A DNA stretch of 54,128 nucleotides from a virus (IMGVR_UViG_3300048575_000457:1-54128); one strand, 5' to 3'; positions 37,459 to 46,387 are shown, counted from the first letter of the stretch. Made by a program: numbers and translations. The notes: generated by a model not told the origin, from the sequence alone.

Positions 37459-38072
37459 GGAGCCGCCCCGCCATGCCCGCCAACGAATCCCGCCGGGAAC
37501 AATCCTTTCCGCCGTCCAAGGACGCGCCCGTCTTCGTCATCACGCATCGCCTCGTGTTCAACCGGGGCGGCTTGCCTGGGCGCGAGCTATTCCCCCTCGC
37601 GGGTCATGAGCGCGACGGCATCCTTGAGTTCCTCACACGCGGCGTCCGTGAGTTCCAGCGTCAAGAACCCATTTCCAACGTTGACGAGCAGGGTTCCGGG
37701 CATGGGGCCTTTGCGGAAGCCGATGGTTTCGATGGGGAGCAACAGACTGGCTTCGATGTTCTTCCCTTGGATGGCGATGGTTTCCGAAGGCGGCAGGGCT
37801 TTGGCTGCTTGTTGGGCGGTGCGAAGCAGAGCAGCGCAGGTTCTCGGGATGTCTAGGGACGGCAAGACAACGCCGACAGCGCCTTTCGAAGTCCTGCCGG
37901 CAAGCTGGGTCCAATTCCCGTCGTTGCTTGCCCCGGTATCGACTTCTTCGAGGTAGTGAATCCCAAAGTCTTTCATGTTGTTGCTCCGCCTCGGCCCAAG
38001 CCGAAAAGTTACAGTATCATCAACCCCAAATGGAGCCGCCCAGCCATGCCCGCCAACGAACCCTGCCGGGAA
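37459..38072 (+). repeat. 41-bp direct repeat pair (37459-37499 and 38032-38072)
   Basis: GGAGCCGCCC(C/A)GCCATGCCCGCCAACGAA(T/C)CC(C/T)GCCGGGAA, 38/41 identical. Confidence 0.85.
37587..37976 (-). CDS. Hypothetical protein between the direct repeats
   Basis: MKDFGIHYLEE... with GGAG RBS; protein-like composition. Confidence 0.6.
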   Translation of the reverse strand: MKDFGIHYLEEVDTGASNDGNWTQLAGRTSKGAVGVVLPSLDIPRTCAALLRTAQQAAKALPPSETIAIQGKNIEASLLLPIETIGFRKGPMPGTLLVNVGNGFLTLELTDAACEELKDAVALMTREGE

Positions 38073-38243
38073 GATGTTCCCGACCTCGGGAAACCCCGTA
38101 GCCCCATCGCCCGCCGCCGTTTCGGCGGGTTGGTGCGCCCCGAAGGACTCCGCCGGGTGGTGTACGTGATGACCGAGGCTGACCGCGAGAAAGGCGAACT
38201 GGTCGAGCGAATATATAATCTTATCGAAAAGTGGCGAGCGTAG
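38046..38243 (+). CDS. Hypothetical early protein
   Basis: Starts inside second repeat (GGAG...ATG). Confidence 0.5.
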   Translation: MPANEPCREDVPDLGKPRSPIARRRFGGLVRPEGLRRVVYVMTEADREKGELVERIYNLIEKWRA

Positions 38244-38295
38244 CGGGCACGGGCACGGACCCAACCCCAACCCTGACAAACTCCGAGGTTAGCGT

Positions 38296-38577
38296 ATGGA
38301 ATCGACGTCACAAGTAACCCCAATTGAGTTGACAAGGCAAGAGCGCCTGGAGCTGCACATGCGCCGGTCCGGCCTGACCTACCGCAAGATCGGGGCCATG
38401 ACCGACATCACCGGCCAAAGCGCCGCCCGGCATCTGCGGGCCGAGACCATCCCTCCGCGCCATCACGAAGTCTGGATCACCATTTTGCCAGCCGACTTGT
38501 TGCCGGCTCCAGCCTGGATCAAGCCCGGCCCCAAGGCGAAGTCGGACCAGCCAGACGACCAGCAGGCCGCCGCATGA
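38296..38577 (+). CDS. Cro-like HTH regulator
   Basis: GLTYRKIGAMTDITGQSAARHL; RBS GAGGT. Confidence 0.72.
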   Translation: MESTSQVTPIELTRQERLELHMRRSGLTYRKIGAMTDITGQSAARHLRAETIPPRHHEVWITILPADLLPAPAWIKPGPKAKSDQPDDQQAAA

Positions 38578-38764
38578 CCGCCCCGTCCCGCAACGTGCCC
38601 ACCAGCCAGGGCCGGAACCGGCCGCAGGCCGCGTCCGTCTCCCGGCGCTCGACCCCGCCGGCTTGGGGGCAGTTCTTGACCCAGCCGGTAGGCAATTGCC
38701 GGCCGGCCAAATTGCACACCCAGTGTTCGCAGTCAAGGCAGGAGTAGGGCGGATTGGTTGCCAT
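38519..38764 (-). CDS. Possible small Cys-rich protein antisense between cro and cII
   Basis: CLDCEHW...C...C...ACGRF pattern. Confidence 0.35.
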   Translation of the reverse strand: MATNPPYSCLDCEHWVCNLAGRQLPTGWVKNCPQAGGVERRETDAACGRFRPWLVGTLRDGAVMRRPAGRLAGPTSPWGRA

Positions 38765-38823
38765 GTTCGCAACATGTCAACACGGGCCGCCATCGTCTAT
38801 CAGATAATTTGAGAGGAAATCCC

Positions 38824-39273
38824 ATGTCCCGTAACCGCGACACCCTGACCGAGGTCTGCCACGCCATCGTGCTGGACGCGCCCAGCGGCAAAACGCCAAA
38901 GGAAATCGCCAAGGCGTTGGGGAGGATCTACACGACGCTCATGAACGAGCTGGCAATCCAGCCCGGGGCCAAGCTGGGGGCCGACATGGTGCTGCCGCTC
39001 ATGCTGCAAACCGGTTCCATGGACCCGCTGCATTATCTGGCCGACAACATGGGTTGCGTGGTCATCGAACTGCCCAGAACTCCGGCCGGCATGGACCCGC
39101 TGTCCCTGCAAGCCATGCAGGCCGTGGAAGAGATGGGACAGGTCATGGGCGAGTTTCGCAAGGCTGTGGCCGACGGGGTGGTGACGGCCAAGGAAAAGGC
39201 CCTGGTGCGCGCCGAGATTTACGAGACCATCCAGGCGCTCACCGCCCTGGGCGCGGCCCTGGAGCTGGCTTAG
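38824..39273 (+). CDS. Phage regulatory CII-family protein
   Basis: KEIAKALG..YTTLMNEL...AKLGAD...PLHYLA; ADGVVTAKEK. Confidence 0.82.
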   Translation: MSRNRDTLTEVCHAIVLDAPSGKTPKEIAKALGRIYTTLMNELAIQPGAKLGADMVLPLMLQTGSMDPLHYLADNMGCVVIELPRTPAGMDPLSLQAMQAVEEMGQVMGEFRKAVADGVVTAKEKALVRAEIYETIQALTALGAALELA

Positions 39274-39275
39274 CC

Positions 39276-39689
39276 ATGGCCGCCTGTTCGGATTCCCGCC
39301 AGGGGGTGACTCCGGCCGGCTGCGGCCTCCTCCCCGCCGCCGGCCCCGAGGATCGGACGGATGGTGCCCGTCCGCTCCCCGGCGGGGCTTCGAACCCAAC
39401 CCCTAGCCAGGCCCCGGCGGGCGCGGAACCCCAGCCGCGCGCACGGCAAACCGGGCGGGGCCGCCTCCCAGGCTCCCGCCCGGGCCGTCCGTCCCGGCTG
39501 GTCGTGGTCGGCCGCAATCCGCTGTCTGGCGTGTTCCCGGTGACGGCCGGCGACGCGGTGCGGGTGGCCGGTTGGGGCGTGAGCCGCGTCAAGGCCATCG
39601 TCTGGGACGTCAAGAAACACGGCTGGGCGGCAAGTTGCATCCTGGCCGGCCTCGTGCGGCTGGGCCGCATCGAACCCGTGAGGAGGTGA
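39276..39689 (+). CDS. Hypothetical protein
   Basis: Fills operon gap; C-terminal half protein-like. Confidence 0.4.
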   Translation: MAACSDSRQGVTPAGCGLLPAAGPEDRTDGARPLPGGASNPTPSQAPAGAEPQPRARQTGRGRLPGSRPGRPSRLVVVGRNPLSGVFPVTAGDAVRVAGWGVSRVKAIVWDVKKHGWAASCILAGLVRLGRIEPVRR

Positions 39690-39692
39690 GGC

Positions 39693-40115
39693 ATGTACCA
39701 GTGCCCGAATTGCAACAGGCCGATCCAGCCGGATTTAGTCGAGGAGTTTGACGGCGGTTCTGGTTGTGACGAAACGCAACACCATGACTTTGATTGTCCT
39801 GCTTGCGGCCGCCGCGTTGCTGTCACTTGCGCTGTTGAAGTGGAATACACCCTTGAGGGAGATGGCGAGGAATCTGAAGAACGCGATCCGACCCTGATGC
39901 GGATTGTGTCTGGCGATAACCGTCTCAATGATCCCAAGTCGTTTGTGGCTGTGCCTCCGGCCCAGATATTCGTGACCGAAGAACCCGTTTGCATGGTCTG
40001 CGGCGACCGTAAGCGCGGTTGTCGCTGCGCTGCTGACCTCATATCGGGCGGATGGAGGGTGGTTCTGGAATATACCGGTCTGCGGGCCACCTGCCCGCAA
40101 TGCTACGGAGGGTAA
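39693..40115 (+). CDS. Multi-CxxC zinc-finger protein
   Basis: CPNC, CPAC, CMVC, CPQC; RBS GAGGTGAGG. Confidence 0.7.
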   Translation: MYQCPNCNRPIQPDLVEEFDGGSGCDETQHHDFDCPACGRRVAVTCAVEVEYTLEGDGEESEERDPTLMRIVSGDNRLNDPKSFVAVPPAQIFVTEEPVCMVCGDRKRGCRCAADLISGGWRVVLEYTGLRATCPQCYGG

Positions 40116-40119
40116 CCCC

Positions 40120-40371
40120 ATGCTCGACGGACAGACGATCAAGCGGTGTTCCACGGCCCACGCCGCCCTGGCCGAACTGGCGGCCGATCCGGCCTTGCTG
40201 CCGACCTGTCGCAAGGCGGTGCGCGGCTGTCTCTCGACGCTCCAGGCCGTGGAGCAGCGCCAGAAAAGCGTCCACCTCAAACTGGTGCAGCCCCGGGAAC
40301 CCCGGCCGGACGTCCGGTCCCGCCAGTTGCCGGTCGGTGACCGGGACGGAGGGCACGACGATGCGGCCTGA
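40120..40371 (+). CDS. Hypothetical protein
   Basis: RBS GGAGGG; operon context. Confidence 0.6.
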   Translation: MLDGQTIKRCSTAHAALAELAADPALLPTCRKAVRGCLSTLQAVEQRQKSVHLKLVQPREPRPDVRSRQLPVGDRDGGHDDAA

Positions 40372-40480
40372 CGACGCAGCGCTGTGGATCATGTGGAGCG
40401 TGTGGGCATTGGCGGCGGTGACGGTGGCAATCGCCCTGGCCGTGGGCCGGGCAAAGGGCAGGGGAGGGGACCATGGGTAG
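40361..40480 (+). CDS. Very small membrane peptide
   Basis: MRPDDAALWIMWSVWALAAVTVAIALAVGR; RBS GGAGGG. Confidence 0.45.
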   Translation: MRPDDAALWIMWSVWALAAVTVAIALAVGRAKGRGGDHG

Positions 40481-40820
40481 TTGCTCGTGCGAACAGTTTT
40501 TCGGCCGGCTGAAGTGGTTGCCGCCGCTTACCAGCAGGGCGGAATTGGAAGCGAACCGGTCGGCTGACGAACTGGAATTGGACCAGCCAGCCGACCCTGA
40601 CAAGCTCCTCAGCGACCTCAAGATGGCCCGCCACGACGCCATCATGGCCGAGTCCGCCATGCGCTCCCATCTGGTCGGCAACAGTCTGGCCGTCGTGCCG
40701 GCCGAGGGCGTTGACGCCCTGGTCGCCGACTCGGCCCGGGCCGTGGCCCGCTACAGCGAGGCGCTCGAAAACCTGTCGCGGCTGTCCTGCCGCGCCAAGG
40801 CCATGGGGGTGCAGTCGTGA
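40473..40820 (+). CDS. Hypothetical protein
   Basis: RBS GGAGGGG; GTGA-coupled to next gene. Confidence 0.6.
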   Translation: MGSCSCEQFFGRLKWLPPLTSRAELEANRSADELELDQPADPDKLLSDLKMARHDAIMAESAMRSHLVGNSLAVVPAEGVDALVADSARAVARYSEALENLSRLSCRAKAMGVQS

Positions 40821-41605
40821 GCGCCAAGCCCCCCAAGAGCGCACCGTTCGCGGTCAAGCTCGCCTACTACGCAGAAGGCCCCGTTGATGTTCGCCTGTGT
40901 GCGCAGATGAAATACCATCACCGAGAATGTCGCGGCCATCTGGTGGACCGGTATTGCCCGACCATTCGGGGCCACATTTTCAATTCCGGCCCTTGCAAGG
41001 ACTGGCACACCCCCGAGCGGGCGCTTCGCGCCGGGCAGAAGATCCTTGTGGGGATGCGCGAACAACTCGCCGACTTGGCCCTGGAAGAGGCCATGACCAA
41101 GGCCGCTAACGAACCGTTGACCGACGAGGAGCTGGCAATCGTCGATGTTGCCTATGAGCGCGGCAAGGTTTCCCTGGCGGAAGTACGGATAAACATGCTC
41201 CAGCGTCGCATCGGGGCGCTGCAAGCAGAGCGTGACGCCGCCTGTTCCAGGGTTGAACAGGCGGGGAGCGATATAACCACTGCCCGTCTTTTGCTTCGTT
41301 CGGTTTGGCGGTCGCTGGACGCCGCCGGTCGATCTATGGGTCGCAGCATGGATGCTGTGGCACTTGAAACGGCCATGGAGTTAATTGATAGAAACTTCAA
41401 AATGCCATTCGCAAAAGCACAATTGTACGACGAAAACCCCGTTGGTTTTATTGAGTCTGCCCGCGCCGCTCTTTCGGCTGTCTCTGACCAACAAATCAAT
41501 GATCGGGGATATAATCCCAAGCCCCATAACCAACCGCAGCCGATCATCACGCCTCCGCCGCCTCGCCCGACCGACCCCGAGAGCGCCGGAAGGAGCAATC
41601 CATGA
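40817..41605 (+). CDS. Hypothetical coiled-coil protein
   Basis: Coupled on both sides. Confidence 0.6.
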   Translation: MSAKPPKSAPFAVKLAYYAEGPVDVRLCAQMKYHHRECRGHLVDRYCPTIRGHIFNSGPCKDWHTPERALRAGQKILVGMREQLADLALEEAMTKAANEPLTDEELAIVDVAYERGKVSLAEVRINMLQRRIGALQAERDAACSRVEQAGSDITTARLLLRSVWRSLDAAGRSMGRSMDAVALETAMELIDRNFKMPFAKAQLYDENPVGFIESARAALSAVSDQQINDRGYNPKPHNQPQPIITPPPPRPTDPESAGRSNP

Positions 41606-42795
41606 GCATCACCATCCCCCGCGACCAGCTCCATGCCGCCCTGTCCCGGGCGGCCGGGTTCCAGACCGCCAAGTTCCGCATCCACGCCTTCGGCCATGTC
41701 TGGCTCAACGCCAACGCCCTGGGGCTGTCCATCGAGGCCACCGACGGCTCCATGGACGTCTCGTGCCGGCTGGCCGCGCCGCTCCAGGCGTTTTCCCCCT
41801 TCGCCTGCGGCGTGCCGGGCGGCCAGTTCCTCAAGCTCGTGGATCGGCTGTCCGCTGCCGAGGTCACCCTGGATCTGGACGGCAAAGCCGGCAAGCTGCT
41901 CGTCAGGGCCGGCCGTTCCCGCGCCTCGCTGCCGACCATGGCCATCACGCAATTCCCGGGCGTCGAACCGCCGCCGCTTGGCTTCGTCCCGATCCCCGGC
42001 AAGCTCCTCGCCGAAGCCGTGGCCGGCGTGGCTTTCACGGCCGGGGATGGCCGGGAGGATCACGCCAACCTCAACCAGCTGCGGTTTTGCCCGGGTTCGG
42101 ACGGCCTGGTGCTCCAAGCCCTGGACGGCCACGGCTACGCCCGCCGGCTGCTGCCCAACGCCTTGGCCGGGTGGGATGAAGCTTGTTCCGGCGCGTTCGG
42201 CGTGGACGCCAAAACGTTCGCCTCCCGGGCCAAGTGGATCGAAGAGTCCACGGAGATGGCGGCCACGGCCAAGCGGTTGTTCCTGGGCGATGACCTCGGC
42301 TGGTGGAGCCTGCCGGCCCTGCGCGGCGAATACCCGGACACGGGCCGCTTTATCGCCGCTCTGGACGTCCCGGGCGTGGTGGAAATCGACCTGGACGCGG
42401 CCGAGCTGGCGGCCGTCGCCGACCGGCTGGGCATCTTCCTCGACAACGACAGCCCGGCTGTGGGTCTGGAGCTGCGAGGCGACGGCCTTTTCGTCTACTC
42501 CAACACCGGCGCCGGCTCCTCGGTGGGCGAAGGCGTGGAGCAGATCGAGACGGCCGAAGCGCGCGGCCCCATCCCCGGCGGACGGCTGCTCTTTTTCATG
42601 CCGGGCAAGGCCTTCGGCGGCTTCTGCTGCCGGGCTACGCGCTCCAAGGTCCGCATCGTGGTCACGCCCAATTTCGGCCCCGTCGGCGTCAAGCCGCTGT
42701 GCGAAAACGGACGCACCCTCCCGGACTGGCTCGGGGTCATGACCCCGTTTGACATCAAGACCGTCCCGTACTGGACCGAAGGAGTAGCCGCATGA
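41602..42795 (+). CDS. DNA polymerase III beta-clamp-like protein (phage-encoded, divergent)
   Basis: 397 aa; LSIEATD, AGRSRASLPTM...FP, LQALDGH, GEYPD match the DnaN motif order. Confidence 0.78.
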   Translation: MSITIPRDQLHAALSRAAGFQTAKFRIHAFGHVWLNANALGLSIEATDGSMDVSCRLAAPLQAFSPFACGVPGGQFLKLVDRLSAAEVTLDLDGKAGKLLVRAGRSRASLPTMAITQFPGVEPPPLGFVPIPGKLLAEAVAGVAFTAGDGREDHANLNQLRFCPGSDGLVLQALDGHGYARRLLPNALAGWDEACSGAFGVDAKTFASRAKWIEESTEMAATAKRLFLGDDLGWWSLPALRGEYPDTGRFIAALDVPGVVEIDLDAAELAAVADRLGIFLDNDSPAVGLELRGDGLFVYSNTGAGSSVGEGVEQIETAEARGPIPGGRLLFFMPGKAFGGFCCRATRSKVRIVVTPNFGPVGVKPLCENGRTLPDWLGVMTPFDIKTVPYWTEGVAA

Positions 42796-43889
42796 CCATC
42801 CATCCCGCCATCGCCAATCTATCCCCGGAGCGCCGGGGCAAGGGTATCTACTGGCAACGCTCCTGGAACGTGGTGCGCGGCTGCTCCCATGTCTCGCCCG
42901 GCTGCGACCATTGTTGGCTGGAGGCCGAGACGGCCCGCCACGCCAAACACCCCAACCCCAAGATCGCCTTGCCCTGCTGGCCGGCCATCACCGCCGGCAA
43001 ATGGTCCGGCAACCTGCATCTGGATTTGCTGGCTCTGCCGGCCCCGCTGCGCGTGAAAAAGCCCACCGTATGGGCTGTCTGGTCCGACCTGTTCCACGAA
43101 AAGGTGACTGACGAGTTCCTCGACCGCGTGTTCGCGGTCATGGCCCTGGCCCCCCGGCATCTGTTCGTGGTGCTGACCAAGCGGCCGGCGAGAATGCTGG
43201 AGTATCTGACCGCCCGTTCCCGCGATGAGCAGATCAAGGCCCTGGAGCGCGCGGCCATGGCCATGTTCGGCGAAGATGGGGCCAACATGCTGGTCAACGC
43301 CATAAACGGCGTCCTGGCCGAACGGCACAACGTGGGCTGGCCCATGCACAACGTCATCCTTATGACCACCATCGAAGACCAGCCACGGGCCAACGAGCGG
43401 GGGCCGATCATCGCCGAGGTCGGCGGGATGGGTTGGAAAACGGGCGTCAGCGTGGAGCCGATGCTGGGGGGCGTGGATCTAACTCGAATCGCCCATGGAG
43501 ACGAAAGCGACCTGGATGTTCTGCGTGGACAGATTGTCTATACTCCGCAACATCGCGCAATAAAGCCAAAGCCGGTTGGTGCCAAGCTCGATTGGGTCAT
43601 CGCCGGCGGCGAGTCCGGCCCCGGCGCGCGCCCTATGCACCCCGACTGGCTCCGCTCCCTGCGCGACCAGTGCGCGGTGGCCGGCGTGCCGTTTCTGTTC
43701 AAGCAGTGGGGTGCGCTGGCACCGTGGGATGACGATAATTGGTCGTTGCCCTCGGGCTATGATGATGTCCTGGCTCGTGACGGGGTAAAGCTTTTCGGGG
43801 GCGTTGAATTTCTCCGCGTCGGCAAACGCCGCGCCGGCCGCCTCCTCGACGGCGTCACCCACGACGTCTACCCCGGAGAGTCCGCATGA
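42792..43889 (+). CDS. Phage Gp37/Gp68 (DUF5131) family protein
   Basis: WNVVRGCSHVSPGCDHC, SDLFH, LTKRP, WVIAGGESGPGARPMHPDW, FLFKQWG. Confidence 0.92.
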   Translation: MTIHPAIANLSPERRGKGIYWQRSWNVVRGCSHVSPGCDHCWLEAETARHAKHPNPKIALPCWPAITAGKWSGNLHLDLLALPAPLRVKKPTVWAVWSDLFHEKVTDEFLDRVFAVMALAPRHLFVVLTKRPARMLEYLTARSRDEQIKALERAAMAMFGEDGANMLVNAINGVLAERHNVGWPMHNVILMTTIEDQPRANERGPIIAEVGGMGWKTGVSVEPMLGGVDLTRIAHGDESDLDVLRGQIVYTPQHRAIKPKPVGAKLDWVIAGGESGPGARPMHPDWLRSLRDQCAVAGVPFLFKQWGALAPWDDDNWSLPSGYDDVLARDGVKLFGGVEFLRVGKRRAGRLLDGVTHDVYPGESA

Positions 43890-44320
43890 ACCTCCCCACC
43901 GTGGCCATATCCATCCGCCAGCCCCGGGCCTGGGCCATTCTTAGCTTAGGCAAGGATGTGGAGAACCTCACTTGGGCCACCAGCTATCGCGGCCCCATCC
44001 TGCTCCATGCTGGCAAGCGCTTCCGCCTCGATGAAGTGAAAGGTGACATACTCTATTGCCTGGAATTGACCACGAACGAGGCCGTCAAGCGGCTTTGTTC
44101 GAAGTGGACGGCCGGAAACCTCAAAAAGCAGACCGGCGGCATCGTCGGCATGGTCACGATCAAGGACTGCATCACCAACAGCCCGTCGCCCTGGGCCGAA
44201 CCCGGACGCCGGCATTGGCTCCTGACCGACCCCAAGCCCCTGCCGTTTTTCCCCTGCAAGGGCCGCCTGGGCCTGTTCCCGGTGGAGTACCCGCAACACC
44301 TTCTGGAGGCCGCCGCATGA
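43886..44320 (+). CDS. ASCH-domain protein
   Basis: ISIRQPRAWAI..GKDVENLTW..YRGPILLHAG; KGRLGLF. Confidence 0.88.
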   Translation: MNLPTVAISIRQPRAWAILSLGKDVENLTWATSYRGPILLHAGKRFRLDEVKGDILYCLELTTNEAVKRLCSKWTAGNLKKQTGGIVGMVTIKDCITNSPSPWAEPGRRHWLLTDPKPLPFFPCKGRLGLFPVEYPQHLLEAAA

Positions 44321-44709
44321 CCGCCAAAACCGACCTTGCCGCCAATCGCGCCCTGACCGCCGAGGAAACCGCCTGGATCGAGGAATGGCTGCCCAGCCTA
44401 CCCAAGCGCGTGGCCCGGGAAGCGGTCTACGGTGTCCTGGGCGGCCTCATCAAGCCGGCCACGCTGATCTCCTGCGACAGCCTGGGCAACGGCCCGCCCA
44501 TCCGCTTCAAGATCGGCAAAAAAGTCGTCTACGACACCCGCGTGCTCCTGGAATGGATCGTGCGCCGCTACGGGTTTACCGTCCAAAAGGATCAGCAGGG
44601 GATGCTGGAGGATCTTCTGGATCGCAAAGAACCGCAACATCGGAAGCCAGCCAAGACGGGCGCAAGTGCGCGTACCGCTGGGTCATTGCGGGGGTCTTGT
44701 GCCGCATGA
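44317..44709 (+). CDS. Putative excisionase
   Basis: PATLISCDSLGNGP...KIGKKVVY....LLEWI; adjacent to integrase. Confidence 0.75.
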   Translation: MTAKTDLAANRALTAEETAWIEEWLPSLPKRVAREAVYGVLGGLIKPATLISCDSLGNGPPIRFKIGKKVVYDTRVLLEWIVRRYGFTVQKDQQGMLEDLLDRKEPQHRKPAKTGASARTAGSLRGSCAA

Positions 44710-45763
44710 GCTTCTGGATGCGGTACAGGTCCACGTCCTTGAGCGCCAGCCAGGAGGCAAACGTATGCCGCAAGCTATGAAACGTCAGCCGATGCCGCCG
44801 GTCCTCCTGGCCGGTATTGAGGCCGACGGCCTGGGCTACCCACCAAAATTGCTTGGACAGCTCCTTGCCGCGCTGGTCGGACGGCGGGAAGACCAGTCCG
44901 CCGTCGTGATCGGCCAGCCGTCGCCGCAACATGACCGCCGCGTCGCGGTTGAGCGGCACAATGCCGCCCGGCTTGCCCCCGTCCTCGCGCACGGTGAGAT
45001 AGCCGTGGGCCAGATCAATGTCGGCCGGCATGAGCCGGATGATCTCCCCCAGCCGCAACCCCGTGTTGACGGCCAGGATGGCCGCGTCATGCAGGTCGCA
45101 ACACTGGGTTTCCATGGCCGCGTCCAGCAGCCGGCGGTATTCGTCGCGGGTCAGAAACCGTTCGCAGGCATTGTCCAGCCGCGGCATCTTCACCCGCGAT
45201 GCCGGATTGCGCCGGTCGAACAGCCCCAAGGCGGTCAGGTGGTTGAAGGTCTTGCGCAGCAAGGCCAGGATCTGCTTGACCGTGGCCGGCTCCCATTCCT
45301 CAAGCAGCGCCTCGCGGAACTGCTCCACGGCCTCGGCGCTGATGTCCTCAAGCCGGGAGTCGCCGAACACGGGGTAGATGTGGTTTTTGAGCCGGATTTC
45401 GTCGAGCCAGGCGCTTTTCTTTTCCCGCAGGGACCAGGGGATGTAGTGGGTCTCGACCAGTTCGCGGTAGAGCAGGGCGGGTTGTCCCGCCTGTCCCGCC
45501 GCGCCGTCGGCCGTCCTGGCCTGCCGCCGCTCCCGCAGCGTGGCCGGACCCTCGCCGGACACATGTCCGGCCTGTATCTGATCGCGCAGCTCGGACGCCT
45601 TGCGCACCGTCCATCCCTCGGAGGACCAGCCAAGACCCTCCTCGATGTCCTTGCCTTGACGCTTGAAGCGGATGCTGAAATAGCGATCGGGAGCACCTCG
45701 GTGCAACCGCTCGGGATGCTCACGGTATCGAACGCCCTTGACCCCGCTGCTCATCCATTTCAT
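44576..45763 (-). CDS. int: Tyrosine integrase
   Basis: TGLRLGEI, FHSLRHTFASW, MRHKTPAMTQRYAH; N-terminal arm-binding-like domain; next to tRNA fragment. Confidence 0.95.
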   Translation of the reverse strand: MKWMSSGVKGVRYREHPERLHRGAPDRYFSIRFKRQGKDIEEGLGWSSEGWTVRKASELRDQIQAGHVSGEGPATLRERRQARTADGAAGQAGQPALLYRELVETHYIPWSLREKKSAWLDEIRLKNHIYPVFGDSRLEDISAEAVEQFREALLEEWEPATVKQILALLRKTFNHLTALGLFDRRNPASRVKMPRLDNACERFLTRDEYRRLLDAAMETQCCDLHDAAILAVNTGLRLGEIIRLMPADIDLAHGYLTVREDGGKPGGIVPLNRDAAVMLRRRLADHDGGLVFPPSDQRGKELSKQFWWVAQAVGLNTGQEDRRHRLTFHSLRHTFASWLALKDVDLYRIQKLMRHKTPAMTQRYAHLRPSWLASDVAVLCDPEDPPASPADPFGR

Positions 45764-45765
45764 CG

Positions 45766-45802
45766 CTGTCCCGCCCATGCCCTGTCCCGCCCCTGTCCCG
45801 CC
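45766..45802. repeat. CTGTCCCGCC x3, candidate integrase arm-type sites
   Basis: Copies at 45766, 45782, 45793; two more TGTCCCGCC at 45483 and 45492. Confidence 0.65.
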
Positions 45803-45915
45803 GTCGTTTTGATACTGATAAAGACACAGAAAGCCGGGTACGAAGAAAACCAAGGCTTGGCAACACTTTTACTCTTTCTCTGCCTTTATGTGCATGAAGC
45901 AAAAGACGCTGGGAA

Positions 45916-45971
45916 AGACTTAGGATCTGGCGGCTTAGGCTATGGGGGTTCGAGCCCCCCCTCTCGCACCA
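45916..45971 (+). pseudogene. 3' half of tRNA-Leu(TAG), attachment-site core
   Basis: AGA-CTTAGGA-TCTGG anticodon loop, long variable arm, GGGGG-TTCGAGC-CCCCC T-arm, CTCTCGC-A-CCA; 5' acceptor strand and D-arm absent. Confidence 0.9.
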
Positions 45972-45998
45972 GACTGATTTTATAGGTTTTATTCTCAG

Positions 45999-46027
45999 AG
46001 CACTCGTCTTTTGGGCGGGTGCTTTTT
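45999..46027 (+). terminator. Rho-independent terminator after tRNA 3' end
   Basis: AGCACTCGTC-TTTTG-GGCGGGTGCT then T-run. Confidence 0.7.
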
Positions 46028-46028
46028 G

Positions 46029-46063
46029 TTTACCCCCTCCCTTTTACCCCCCATTTACCCCCC
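46029..46063. repeat. TTTACCCCC x3, candidate arm-type sites of a second integrase
   Basis: Three closely spaced direct copies about 60-90 bp past the tRNA end. Confidence 0.6.
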
Positions 46064-46195
46064 AAAACCGTTCAGACGAGGTTCGGCCAGGTGATTTTTT
46101 TCAGGAGCTGTTGTCGTGGGCGGCCTGATTCTCGTCTCCTTTGTAGCCGTGATTGCCCGCCGGGCGGGCCATCCTTGTTTCGGGCTGCAGAAACG

Positions 46196-46219
46196 AAAAA
46201 CCCCGCCGAAGCGGGGCTT
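46196..46219 (-). terminator. Rho-independent terminator for TA transcripts
   Basis: Minus strand CCCCGC-TTCG-GCGGGG-TTTTT. Confidence 0.75.
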
Positions 46220-46387
46220 GATCGTGGGCGTGGTCACGTTCGCGATGATTCGGTGCGCTCAAGGGTCACATACCGTCATCCGGGACCTTGCGCTCCTTTG
46301 TTACCGCGACAAGAGCGGTGAGGGGCTTGCCTTTGGCAACGACGGTCGGAATCCGATGGCTTTTCGGGGGCTAAGGCAACGGATATG

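Larger units (their letters stand above)
1..45971. mobile_element. Temperate prophage 1 (siphovirus-like, lambda-type terminase/portal), left end outside window
   Basis: Contiguous replication, packaging, head, lysis, tail, immunity and integrase modules ending at a 3' tRNA fragment; no tail sheath gene recognised. Confidence 0.92.

Noticed and set aside
37473-37856. 127-aa plus-strand ORF starting in the first direct repeat
   Set aside because: Most of it is antisense to the better-looking 37587-37976 gene; probably only a duplicated or interrupted start
45890-45971. Complete tRNA-Leu gene
   Set aside because: 5' acceptor strand and D-arm are missing and the anticodon stem pairs only 3 bp; treated as an att fragment
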